Shown: positions 8,289 to 17,345 of the stretch, in pieces
Layout of the letters: each line of letters opens with the position of its first letter
How positions within the stretch are numbered: the first letter of the stretch is position 1
DNA from: an uncultured delta proteobacterium
GTDB taxonomy: Bacteria > Myxococcota_A > UBA9160 > SMWR01
Length of the DNA: 64,000 nt
Assembly (NCBI GenBank): GCA_963832165.1
Contig: CAWHTE010000007.1
Coordinates: 1,002,425-1,066,424, forward strand
Direction: 5' to 3'
The notes under the pieces: generated by a model
What the model saw: the letters and a program-made list of their open reading frames with translations, nothing else
Databases searched by the model: none
What the model was told of the DNA's origin: nothing
Program-made: the position numbers and the translations under genes

Positions 8289-9493
8289 TCCGGTTGCTCG
8301 CGCTCGGCGGGGTGATCGCCGCGCTCGGCTGCGCGAGCGGGCACGCGTCCCGGGAGGTCTCCACGGGGCGTTATGCGATGGGAACGGTGCTTGAGCTGAT
8401 CCTCGTCGGGCCGGACGAAGCGACGCTCGAGCGCTCGCGCTCGGATGCGCTCGCCGAGGTGGAGCGCCTCGAGGGGTTGCTCTCGACGTGGCGCGCCGAG
8501 AGCGACGTCTCCCGCCTGAACCAGGCCGCGGGCCGCGGCGCGATCGAGGTCGACCCGGACGTCGCGGCGCTGCTCGCGCGCTCGGTCGAGCTCGCACACG
8601 CCACGCGCGGGACGTTCGATGTCACGGTCGGACCGCTCGTGGCGCTGTGGCGCGAGGCCGCCGAGCGCGATGCGCTCCCCGATCCCTCCGCGCTCGAGTC
8701 CGCGCGCGCGCGCGTGGGAGCGGATCGGCTCGCGGTGCAGCGCGGCGCTGGGAGTGCGAGCGCCGCGCTCGCGCCCGGCAGCGCGGTGGAGCTCGGCGGC
8801 GTGGCGAAGGGTTATGCGCTCGACCGCGCGCGCGCGGTGCTCGGCGCCGGTGTCGATGCGGCGCTGTTGAGCTTCGGCCAGAGCAGCACGTGGGCGATCG
8901 GGCGCCCGCCCGACGCCGCGGGCTGGCGCCTGCTCGCGCGCGGGCCCGACGGCGGATTCGCGGGCATCCTCACGCTGCGCGATCGCGCGCTCTCGGTCTC
9001 GGGAACGTTCGGGCAGGCGAGCGAGATCGGCGGACGGCGCTATGGGCACGTGCTCGATCCGCGCAGCGGCGAGCCGCTCACGCGCAGCCGCGAGGCGCTC
9101 GTGGTCGCGACCGACGCCACGCTCGCGGAGGCGCTCTCGAAGGCGCTGCTCGTGCTCGGTCCGAGCGAGGGCATCGCGCTGATCGAGGACTGGCCCGGGG
9201 CCGAGGCGCTGCTGCTCGACGCAGACGGAAGCGCCTGGCAGACGCGCGGTTGGCAGCAGGAGACGCGCTTCGAGCCGATCCCCGCCGAGCCCGTCTCAAG
9301 CGCCCCGCGCAATGTTCCGATTCAAGAGGGCATGGCTCAGCAGGAACTCACCTGTCCGGTCTGCCAGGCGGATATGCCGCTCGGCGGCGACGAGCGCCCC
9401 GGGGACGAGTTCTACTGCTCGTGCTGCGGTGCTCCGGGCATCATTGCCAAGAAGGACAAGAGCGAGGAGCTGGAAGTCGAAGAGGACTTCTAG
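8285..9493 (+). CDS. apbE: FAD:protein FMN transferase lipoprotein; no stop before the in-frame zinc-ribbon ORF
   Basis: Lipobox AALGC; AMGT, SDVSRLN, FDVTVGPLVALW, LGGVAKGYALD, SVSG, YGHVLDPRSG motifs; the domain ends near 9285 but the frame stays open to 9493. Confidence 0.9.
   Translation: MIRLLALGGVIAALGCASGHASREVSTGRYAMGTVLELILVGPDEATLERSRSDALAEVERLEGLLSTWRAESDVSRLNQAAGRGAIEVDPDVAALLARSVELAHATRGTFDVTVGPLVALWREAAERDALPDPSALESARARVGADRLAVQRGAGSASAALAPGSAVELGGVAKGYALDRARAVLGAGVDAALLSFGQSSTWAIGRPPDAAGWRLLARGPDGGFAGILTLRDRALSVSGTFGQASEIGGRRYGHVLDPRSGEPLTRSREALVVATDATLAEALSKALLVLGPSEGIALIEDWPGAEALLLDADGSAWQTRGWQQETRFEPIPAEPVSSAPRNVPIQEGMAQQELTCPVCQADMPLGGDERPGDEFYCSCCGAPGIIAKKDKSEELEVEEDF
9332..9493 (+). 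CDS. Small acidic zinc-ribbon protein (LysW-like architecture)
   Basis: 53 aa MAQQELTCPVC...GDEFYCSCCGA...EELEVEEDF; own purine-rich RBS (AAGAGGG) before ATG 9332; in frame with apbE. Confidence 0.65.
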   Translation: MAQQELTCPVCQADMPLGGDERPGDEFYCSCCGAPGIIAKKDKSEELEVEEDF

Positions 9494-9506
9494 CAACTCG
9501 TGCGCA

Positions 9507-10076
9507 TCACGTGCGCACGGGCCGGTAGTCGATCAGCCGATCCTGCATCTCGCGCAGGGGCAGGGCGGCGGCATCCCTCGGTGAGAGAACCGGCTTCTCG
9601 ATCGGCCACGGGATCGCGAGGTCCGGGTCGTTCCAGGCCACGCAGAACTCGGTCTCGGGCCGGTAGAAGTCGGTGCACTTGTACTCGACCTCTGCCGCGT
9701 CGCTCGTCACCACGAATCCGTGCAGGAGCCCGGGCGGCAGGTAGATCTGCCTGAAGTTGTCGGCCGAGAGCACCGCGGTGACGATCTGCCCGTACGCGGG
9801 CGAGCCGCGCCGCGCATCGACCGCGACGTCGAAGACCTCGCCTGCGATCACGCGCAAGAGCTTGCCCTGCGCGTGCGGGTTCTGCGCGTGGAGCCCGCGC
9901 AGCGTACCGCGCACCGAACGCGATTGGTTGTCCTGCACGAACACCGCTTCGATGCCGCCCTGGCGGTACTTCTCGGCATGGAACGTCTCGAGGAAGAAGC
10001 CGCGGGTGTCGCGAAAGACCTTGGGCTCGATCACGACGACGCCCGGGATCGCGGTTTCGACGAAGCGCAGGCTCAC
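9507..10076 (-). CDS. rfbC: dTDP-4-dehydrorhamnose 3,5-epimerase
   Basis: [46 protein letters not shown] overlap with rfbA. Confidence 0.95.
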   Translation of the reverse strand: MSLRFVETAIPGVVVIEPKVFRDTRGFFLETFHAEKYRQGGIEAVFVQDNQSRSVRGTLRGLHAQNPHAQGKLLRVIAGEVFDVAVDARRGSPAYGQIVTAVLSADNFRQIYLPPGLLHGFVVTSDAAEVEYKCTDFYRPETEFCVAWNDPDLAIPWPIEKPVLSPRDAAALPLREMQDRLIDYRPVRT

Positions 10077-10948
10077 ACGAGCTCTCCGCTCGCGATGCGC
10101 TGCAGGTAGTCCCCGTAGCTCGAGCTCTTCATCTCGGCGCCGAGCACCGCGAGCGCATCGCGCGAGATCCAGCCCTTCCGGAACGCGATCTCCTCGAGGC
10201 ACGCGATCTTGAGCCCCTGCCGCTCCTGGATCGCCTCGACGAACGTCTGCGCGAGCAGCAGCGATTGGTAGGTACCCGTGTCGAGCCATGCGACGCCGCG
10301 GCGCAGCTGCTCCACGCGCAGCTCGTCCGCCTCGAGATAGGCGCGGTTCACGTCGGTGATCTCGAGCTCTCCGCGCGAGGAGGGCTTGATCCGGCGCGCG
10401 ATGTCGAGCACGCGATTGTCGTAGAAGTACAAGCCGGTCACGGCGTAGGCGCTGCGCGGCACGCGCGGCTTCTCCTCGATCCCGATCGCGCGGCCCTCCG
10501 CGTCGAACTCCACCACGCCGTAGCGCTCGGGATCGTTCACTCGGTACGCGAATACCGTGGCACCTGTCGTGCGCGCGGCAGCGCGCTCGAGCACTTCGGC
10601 GAAGCCGGCCCCGAAGAAGACGTTGTCGCCGAGCGCGAGCGCCACACCATCGCGGCCGACGAAGTCGCGCCCGATCACGAAGGCCTGCGCGAGTCCCTCC
10701 GGACGCGGCTGCTCGGCGTACGAGATCGCGAGACCGAAGCGCGCGCCATCGCCGAACAGCCGCCGGTACGCGGGCAGGTCCTCGGGGGTCGAGATCAGGA
10801 GGATCTCGCGGATGCCGGCCAGCATCAGGGTCGACACCGGGTAGTAGACCATCGGCTTGTCGTAGATCGGCAGCAGCTGCTTGCTGATCGCGCGCGTGAT
10901 CGGGTACAGGCGTGTGCCCGAGCCGCCCGCCAGCACGATGCCCTTCAT
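10073..10948 (-). CDS. rfbA: Glucose-1-phosphate thymidylyltransferase
   Basis: [50 protein letters not shown]. Confidence 0.97.
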   Translation of the reverse strand: MKGIVLAGGSGTRLYPITRAISKQLLPIYDKPMVYYPVSTLMLAGIREILLISTPEDLPAYRRLFGDGARFGLAISYAEQPRPEGLAQAFVIGRDFVGRDGVALALGDNVFFGAGFAEVLERAAARTTGATVFAYRVNDPERYGVVEFDAEGRAIGIEEKPRVPRSAYAVTGLYFYDNRVLDIARRIKPSSRGELEITDVNRAYLEADELRVEQLRRGVAWLDTGTYQSLLLAQTFVEAIQERQGLKIACLEEIAFRKGWISRDALAVLGAEMKSSSYGDYLQRIASGELV

Positions 10949-10973
10949 CTCGCCTCCAGGGGCCCCGCGGTAC

Positions 10974-12179
10974 TCAGGGTAGGAAGAGCTGCGGATTGCG
11001 GAGCTTGGCGGGAAGATACTCGTCGATCACGTAGTTGAGGCCCCACTTGGCGAGCGCCTGCTGCTCGGCGCGGACCCCCATCTTGAGCAGCTGCTCGATC
11101 GCCTTGCGCCAGGGCTTGTGCACCTGGAAGAACGGGTCGTTCTTGAGGGCATCCTTTCCGCGCTTGATGTCGACGTCGAGCAGCGGATGGGTCGGCAGGT
11201 CGTAGTCGATGATGTCCTGCGGCGTCACGCCGAGGTAGCGCGCCTGCGGCACGCAGAAGAACTGCGACAGATGGGCCGCGTTGCCCGATCCCACCTTGAG
11301 CGTGCGGTAGATGTTGCTGATGCCATACGGGTCGCAGTCGACGAACGCATACACCGGGATGCGGCACTCGTCCGACAGCTTGCGGATGAAGCGCCGCGTG
11401 GCGCGCGTGGGCACGCCGGCCAGCGAGACGAGGATGCAGTTCGAGGTCTGCCAGAACTTGTGGCTCTGCAGCCGCTGGAAGATGCCGCCCGTCTCGATCG
11501 CGAGGATGAACTTCGCGTCGGTTTCGAACGAGAGATGCTCGACCGTGGAGGGAATCGAGTAGGCGCCGGATCCGAAGCGGGTGCAGTCGATCCGCTCGAC
11601 GACGCCCGTGTCGCGGTCCGGATCGAGCACCACCAGCCGTCCGGCCACGGCACCGCCGTGCTCGTCGGGAATGAAGCGCAACTGCTCGCGCGACGTTCCG
11701 CGCGTGGAGAACAGCGCCTCGATGTCGTCCATCACCGCGTCGGACTCGGTCTGCTCGTCGAACTTCGCGGCCTCCCAGTTCTTGCTCTGGTAGTAGGCGT
11801 CTCGCTTGGTGGCGAAGTCGTTCGTCTCGACGAGCTCCTTCGAGAGCCCCATCATGCGCAGCGTCTGCGCGAAGCTCTTCACCGTGTTCACGGTGAGCGT
11901 GCGCACCTTCTTTGCGCGCCCCATCTCGAAGAAGCCCCGCTGCGCCGAGTAGGTGACGTTCTTGAGCGAGCGCACCGGGAACGCGAGGTCGGGCTTGTTC
12001 TGCTTGAGGATGTCCTGGTGGACGTCCTTGGCCGCATCGCGGATCTGCTGCACGACGACGTCGTCCTGCGCCGCGTTGCGCCGCGCCACCTCGCCCGCGT
12101 GTGCGGTCGCGGCCGCAGAGCCCTTGCCGCCCGCGCCCTTTTTGCCCGCCGTCTTCGCGCGCTTCTTGACCGCCGCCAT
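10974..12179 (-). CDS. top6A: DNA topoisomerase VI subunit A (Spo11-like)
   Basis: TKRDAYY (catalytic Tyr), F..Q.ESD, Toprim Glu (LAIET), G.P.RATR, DCDPYG, AEQQAL. Confidence 0.95.
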   Translation of the reverse strand: MAAVKKRAKTAGKKGAGGKGSAAATAHAGEVARRNAAQDDVVVQQIRDAAKDVHQDILKQNKPDLAFPVRSLKNVTYSAQRGFFEMGRAKKVRTLTVNTVKSFAQTLRMMGLSKELVETNDFATKRDAYYQSKNWEAAKFDEQTESDAVMDDIEALFSTRGTSREQLRFIPDEHGGAVAGRLVVLDPDRDTGVVERIDCTRFGSGAYSIPSTVEHLSFETDAKFILAIETGGIFQRLQSHKFWQTSNCILVSLAGVPTRATRRFIRKLSDECRIPVYAFVDCDPYGISNIYRTLKVGSGNAAHLSQFFCVPQARYLGVTPQDIIDYDLPTHPLLDVDIKRGKDALKNDPFFQVHKPWRKAIEQLLKMGVRAEQQALAKWGLNYVIDEYLPAKLRNPQLFLP

Positions 12180-12191
12180 GCTTCCCTCCGG

Positions 12192-13919
12192 CTACAGCTT
12201 TCGGCTGCGTTCGAGCACCTCGGTCAGGTGCGCGGTGACGTTGTCGCGCTGCGCATCGCTGAGCTCGAGAATCTGCTGCAGACCGATCGAGACCTGCGGG
12301 ATGTATTTCTCGATGTAGGCGCGCTTCTTGGCCTCGTCGGCGTCGCGGCGGCGCTTGCGGATGAACATCGCCACCTTCCGGCCGCACTCCTGCAGCGCGA
12401 GCCGCATCTCCTTGATGATGTCGGGGTAGTGCGCGATCGCCTCCTTGCTCTCGGAAGTGAACGGCACCCATACGCTCGCGATGTGAACCATGAGCAGCAT
12501 CGGGCCGAGCGGCATCGCTCCGCGCGGCTGCTGCATCTGGTACGACTTCCAGTCGGTGCCCGAGACCGCCTTCGTGATCGCGCACGCGCCCTGCTGGTAT
12601 TGGAGCGGCACGCGGTTCGCGTAGCGGTAGAGCGTGATCGGCTCTTCGGCGGGGAGCCCTCCGCCGTAGGCGAGCCCGACCTCGATCAGGAACGGATTGC
12701 CGCGGTAGACAGTCGCGCGCCGCGACACCGCCGCGTAGAAGTCGGCCTGCACTTCGGCACGCAGCGCGCGCTCGATCAGCTCCTCGCCGATCGGTGCGAT
12801 GCAGTCCATCGGCGGCGCCATGATCTTCGTGGCCACGATCGCCGCGTGGACCTTCTCCGCCTCCTCGCGCGTGATCTCCGAAGGGCGCCGGCTTTCGGAC
12901 ACGCCGGCCTTCTTGCAGATCTCGAGCGCCGTCTTCGACGACACGCGGCTGAAATCCGACGACAGGCATGAGCGCAGGTTGCGCCCCGCGGTGTCGCGGA
13001 ACATCTGCATCAGCACGCCGAGCTCGACGCCGTGCGGGTGCGGCTGGATCTCGGCGGTCTCGGGCGGCAGCTCGTCGGCGACGCGCGGGAACGTGTGGCT
13101 CTCGCCGTGCTCCTCGGCCTTCGGCGGCACGTAGACGATCTCGGCGTGCGGGTTCGCGAGCGAGATCTGGCGGATGTACGCGTCCACCGAGTGCTGGCCG
13201 CCGCGATAGGCGCCCTCGAGCTCGATCTCCACGCGCGTGCCGTGGTCGACGTCCCACTTCACCACCTCGTCGCGCTTCACCTTGGGCTCGTTCGTCTTCG
13301 TGTCGATCACGAGCTCGAAGTAGTGCGCGTCGTGGCTCTTGCCCGTGCGCGTGGTGATCGCGATCGGCTTGCCCGTGGTGAGCAGGCCGTACATGCCCGC
13401 GGCGCTGATGCCGATGCCCTGCTGCCCGCGGCTCTGCTTCAAGCGGTGGAACTTCGAGCCGTAGAGCAGGCTGCCGAAGATCTTCGGCACCTGCTTGCGC
13501 AGGATGCCGGGCCCGTTGTCCTGGATCGCGATCCGGAAGCGCGTCTCGGTGATCTGGGCGATCTCGACGCGCACGTCGGGCAGGATGCGCGCCTCTTCGC
13601 ACGCGTCGAGCGAGTTGTCGACGCCTTCCTTCACGGTCGTGAGCAGCGCCTTCGACGGATTGTCGAAGCCGAGCAGGTGCCGGTTCTTCGCGAAGAACTC
13701 GGAGACCGAGATGTCGCGCGCCTGCTTCCCGAGCTCGGCAGCCGATCGGCGCGAGCTCGCGCCGTCCGCGCCCTCCGACTTGGCCTCGGCGCGCGCCGCC
13801 TTCGGCCGCTTGCCGGCGGGCTTGCGGGCGCGCTTGGCCTTCTTCACCTCACCTCCGCGCGCCGGCTGCGCTGCGAAGGCAAAGGACGACTGCGGGACCG
13901 ATTCGTCCCATTCCCCCAT
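12192..13919 (-). CDS. top6B: DNA topoisomerase VI subunit B (GHKL ATPase)
   Basis: ISVSEFF.KN.HLLGF, KE.VDNSLDACE, DNGPG, QSRGQQGIGIS, PHP.GVELG, RYANRVPL, VPFTSESKEAIA. Confidence 0.95.
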   Translation of the reverse strand: MGEWDESVPQSSFAFAAQPARGGEVKKAKRARKPAGKRPKAARAEAKSEGADGASSRRSAAELGKQARDISVSEFFAKNRHLLGFDNPSKALLTTVKEGVDNSLDACEEARILPDVRVEIAQITETRFRIAIQDNGPGILRKQVPKIFGSLLYGSKFHRLKQSRGQQGIGISAAGMYGLLTTGKPIAITTRTGKSHDAHYFELVIDTKTNEPKVKRDEVVKWDVDHGTRVEIELEGAYRGGQHSVDAYIRQISLANPHAEIVYVPPKAEEHGESHTFPRVADELPPETAEIQPHPHGVELGVLMQMFRDTAGRNLRSCLSSDFSRVSSKTALEICKKAGVSESRRPSEITREEAEKVHAAIVATKIMAPPMDCIAPIGEELIERALRAEVQADFYAAVSRRATVYRGNPFLIEVGLAYGGGLPAEEPITLYRYANRVPLQYQQGACAITKAVSGTDWKSYQMQQPRGAMPLGPMLLMVHIASVWVPFTSESKEAIAHYPDIIKEMRLALQECGRKVAMFIRKRRRDADEAKKRAYIEKYIPQVSIGLQQILELSDAQRDNVTAHLTEVLERSRKL

Positions 13920-13970
13920 CCGCTCACCCCCGGGCCCGGCGCCGAGAAGTGCTCGCGTCGGCCCGGTCTC

Positions 13971-13998
13971 ATAATCCTTGCCCGCGGCGGGGTGTCAA
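13971..13998 (-). promoter_or_regulatory. Possible sigma70 promoter for top6B-top6A-rfbA-rfbC
   Basis: Minus-strand TTGACA (13998-13993) with a weak -10 (GATTAT) 16 bp downstream. Confidence 0.4.
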
Positions 13999-14062
13999 GA
14001 CGGGCGATGTTCGGGTGGTAGGCGCACGGCGCCGAAGCGCAGCGCCTTGGGGGAGACGCGTA

Positions 14063-14272
14063 CTACTCGAAGTCCTCGATCGGGTGGTTCCGGAAGTTTC
14101 CGGAGAGCCGCACTTCGCCGCTGCGAAGCATGTGGAGGATCGTGGCGACGACCTCGCGGTCATCCCGGGTCACCTCGCTGACCGCGCGCACGAGCGCGAG
14201 CAGCGTTGTGGCGCGGGCCTCTCTGGTGGCGGGTTGCTCCCGGGTCAACGAAGCGGCGGCGGCGGCGCGCAT
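14063..14272 (-). CDS. Small hypothetical protein (69 aa)
   Basis: GGGAGG RBS then ATG 14272; helical TTLLALVRAVSEVT.DDREVVATILHMLRSG.VRL.GNF; preceded by a sigma54 motif. Confidence 0.7.
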   Translation of the reverse strand: MRAAAAASLTREQPATREARATTLLALVRAVSEVTRDDREVVATILHMLRSGEVRLSGNFRNHPIEDFE

Positions 14273-14297
14273 GATCGATCCTCCCGACCCGAGGTAA

Positions 14298-14313
14298 AGC
14301 ATAGACCGTGCCA
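14298..14313 (-). promoter_or_regulatory. Sigma54 (-24/-12) promoter
   Basis: Minus strand TGGCACGGTCTATGCT with exact GG-N10-GC spacing. Confidence 0.65.
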
Positions 14314-14457
14314 GCTCCGCCGATTCGAGCGCGTTCTCCCGCGAGATCGAGACAACCTGATCAAATTCAGTGGACTTGAAGCACGAGCGGTGTCTGCGGC
14401 GCGCGCGCGTTGCGCCTCGCATGCCGTTGCCGGTGACGGAAATGGGCCCCAAGGCTG

Positions 14458-15996
14458 TCAATTTTCGGACGAGTCGGCGGGGCGTCGCGCGCCACGGCCC
14501 GCATCGGAGCGGAAGCCGAGCGCCTCGGCGACCGCTTCCGCGCTCGTGCGTTTCTCGCCCGCGAGGTCCGCGATCGTGCGGGCCACGCGCAATACGCGCC
14601 GCGCCGCGCGAGCGGACAAGCCGAATCCGTCGACGGCGCGTCCGAGCAGCACGCGGGCTTCCGGCGTGGCGTCCACGAGCGCGTCGAGGTGCGCGTCGGG
14701 CAGGCGCGCGTTCGCGACCACGCCGCGCTGCGCCTGTCGGCGCCGCGCCCGTTCCACGCGCTCGCGAACCGCGCGGCTGCTCGACTCGGCCGCGGGAGCG
14801 GCGTCGAGCTCGGCCCAGGCCACCGGGCGCACGCTCAAGTGCAGGTCGATGCGATCGAGCAGCGGACCCGAGATCCGCGATCGGTAGCGGGCCACCTGGC
14901 CCTCGTCGCAGCGGCAGTCGCGGCGGCCGCTGCCGAGCCACCCGCACGGACACGGATTCGCAGCCGCCACGAGCTGGAAGTCGGCCGGGAACGTGACGTG
15001 GCGGCCCGCGCGCACGAGCACCACGCGGTGGTCTTCGAGCACCTGGCGCAGTGATTCCAGCGCGCGGCGCTCGAACTCGGGCAGCTCGTCGAGGAACAAC
15101 ACGCCGCGGTGCGCGAGCGAGACCTCACCGGGCTGGGGCGGGCGCCCGCCGCCGATCAGTCCGGCCACACTCGCGGTGTGATGCGGCGCGCGGAAGGGCC
15201 GCTCCGACGCGAGCGCTGCGTCGAGCGGCGCCACGCTGCCGTGGATGCGCGTCACCTCGATCGCTTCCTCACGGGTCAGGCGGGGCAGGAAGCCCGGCAG
15301 CCGGCGCGCGAGCATCGTCTTGCCCCCGCCCGGTGCTCCGATCAACAGCGCACCGTGGCCGCCCGCCGCGGCGACCTCGAGCCCGCGCTTGGCGAGCTCC
15401 TGCCCGCGCACCTCCGCGAGGTCGGGCAGCGCCGCGTCCGGTTCCGCGGACTCCGCGGGTCGCGCGATCTCCAGCGCCCCGCCGCCGCGCAGGTACGCGA
15501 GCACCGCGGCGAGATCGCCCGCCGCGCGCACTTCGAGGCCCTTGGCGAGCGCGGCCTCGCTCGCGTTCGGGCTCGGCGCGATCAGCGTCGCGCAGCCCGC
15601 GTCGCGCACGGCGAGTGCGAGCGCGAGCGCGCCGCGCAGCGCACGCAGTCGGCCATCGAGCGCGAGCTCGCCCGCGAACGCCACGCCCGCGAGCGCGCCG
15701 AGCTCCACCTGTCCCGCCGCGGCGAGCAGCGCCACGGCGATCGGCAGGTCGAGTGCCGCGCCGCTCTTGCGGAGCTCGGCGGGTGCGAGGTGCACGGTGA
15801 TCCGGCGGTCGGGGAACTTCTCGCCCGCTGCGGCGAGCGCGGCGCGCACGCGCGCGGCGCTCTCGCGCACGGCGGCCTCCGGCAGGCCCACGATCTCCAC
15901 GCGCGGGAGATGCGAGCTGATCCGGACCTCGACTTCGACCGGCACGCCGTCCACACCGATCAGCGCGGCGGTGCGAACCCGCGAAACGCTCGACAT
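14458..15996 (-). CDS. comM: YifB/ComM family Mg-chelatase-like AAA+ ATPase
   Basis: IVGLP..AVRES..RVR, LAPAELRKSG..LDLPIA, GAPGGGKT, RPFRAPHH, GEVSLAH.GVLFLDELPEF, NPCPCG, ISGPLLDRID. Confidence 0.95.
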   Translation of the reverse strand: MSSVSRVRTAALIGVDGVPVEVEVRISSHLPRVEIVGLPEAAVRESAARVRAALAAAGEKFPDRRITVHLAPAELRKSGAALDLPIAVALLAAAGQVELGALAGVAFAGELALDGRLRALRGALALALAVRDAGCATLIAPSPNASEAALAKGLEVRAAGDLAAVLAYLRGGGALEIARPAESAEPDAALPDLAEVRGQELAKRGLEVAAAGGHGALLIGAPGGGKTMLARRLPGFLPRLTREEAIEVTRIHGSVAPLDAALASERPFRAPHHTASVAGLIGGGRPPQPGEVSLAHRGVLFLDELPEFERRALESLRQVLEDHRVVLVRAGRHVTFPADFQLVAAANPCPCGWLGSGRRDCRCDEGQVARYRSRISGPLLDRIDLHLSVRPVAWAELDAAPAAESSSRAVRERVERARRRQAQRGVVANARLPDAHLDALVDATPEARVLLGRAVDGFGLSARAARRVLRVARTIADLAGEKRTSAEAVAEALGFRSDAGRGARRPADSSEN

Positions 15997-16245
15997 ACCC
16001 GGCTCTCAGCGGGACCGAGATGACGGGGTGGAGGCGAATGGATCGAAGGCAGGACCCCACTGCGGGGTCCTGCCTTCAACTCTTGAAAAGCCCCAAACAC
16101 CGAAGAGGGGCCCACACGTGTGTGGCCGCGAGCGCGTCGACGTGTCGCGGAAATCTCCCAGAATCCTGGAACGTGGCCGTGCGCGGCGCCGCGCGCGCTG
16201 CAGACGGGTTAGATTCTGCGCGTACCCCCGAGGATTTCGCGCCGC

Positions 16246-17345
16246 TTGAAGCAACGAATCCCGTCCGGCTCCGCTGCGTGGCCGCGCTGTGCGCTCGCCG
16301 CGATCGCGGCCGGCCTGCCGCCGCGTGCAATGGCTCGCCCACCGAGCGCGAAGCGAACCGGAGCGGTGCTCCGTCCGAGTTCTCGAGCTCGCTCGCGTGG
16401 GCCGAGCTCGAGGAGCTCGCCGAAGAGCCGCGCCAGCTCGGCTCCGATGGCGCCGAAGACGCGCGCAGCCACATCGAGGCGCGGCTCTCCGCCGCGGGCA
16501 TCGCCGTCGAGAAGGTCACGACGACCGTCGAGGCGAAGGGCTTCGGCCCGCTCGTTCTCACTCATCTCGTGGCGACACTGCCGGGCGCCTCGCCCGATCG
16601 CATCGTGCTCGTTGCGCCCTACGGCAGCGGGCGGGACGAGGGGTTCGAGTCGCGGGGCGCGAACGACGGCGCGTCGGGCGCAGCGCTGCTGATCGAAGTC
16701 GCGCGTGTGCTCGAGTTGCGAACCCTCCCCTATACGGTGGAGCTGGTCTGGCTCGAGGGCGAAGGCCGGCTCGGCCACGGAACCGGCGAAGAGCGCGAGC
16801 TGCGTTGGCTCGGCAGCCGCGCGCTCGCCGAGCGCTGGGAGGAGAGCGGTCACCTGCGCGGCGTCCGACTGCTGATCTCGTTCAACCGGGTCTGCGACGT
16901 CGATCTGCACATCGCGCGAGACAGCGGATCGCACCGCGAGTACCGCGAGGGATTCTGGAGAGCCGCGCGCAAGCTCGGATTCGGCGATGTGTTCTCGCCG
17001 ATCAGCGGCTACGAATCGGTCGCTTCGAGCCACGTGGCGTTCCGCGAGCGCGGCGTGCGCGCGGTCGTCGCAATCGAGGACACCGCGTTCGGCGGCGAGG
17101 AGGCCCCGGGCGTGTTCGCGGGCAAGGACGACGTGCTCGAGCACTGCGCGCCCGAGAGTCTCGAGGCCGTGGGCCGCGTCGCGATCGAAGCGGTCGATTC
17201 GGTCGGAGCGCGCCTCGCGAAGATCGATCGCTTCGCGCGGACGCCGTCGGTCGAGCCGGAGCCCAAAGCGAAACCGGAAGCGGCGCCCGAGAAGCCGTCC
17301 GACCCGAACGCGACCGAGGGCGCCGATGCCGCCGGCAACCCGTAG
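16246..17345 (+). CDS. M28 peptidase/glutaminyl-cyclase-like lipoprotein with degenerate metal site; probable frameshift near 16318
   Basis: GANDGASG.A.L.E.AR and W.GSR motifs; the signal peptide (CALAAIAAGL) and lipobox-like AAC lie in adjacent frames. Confidence 0.7.
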
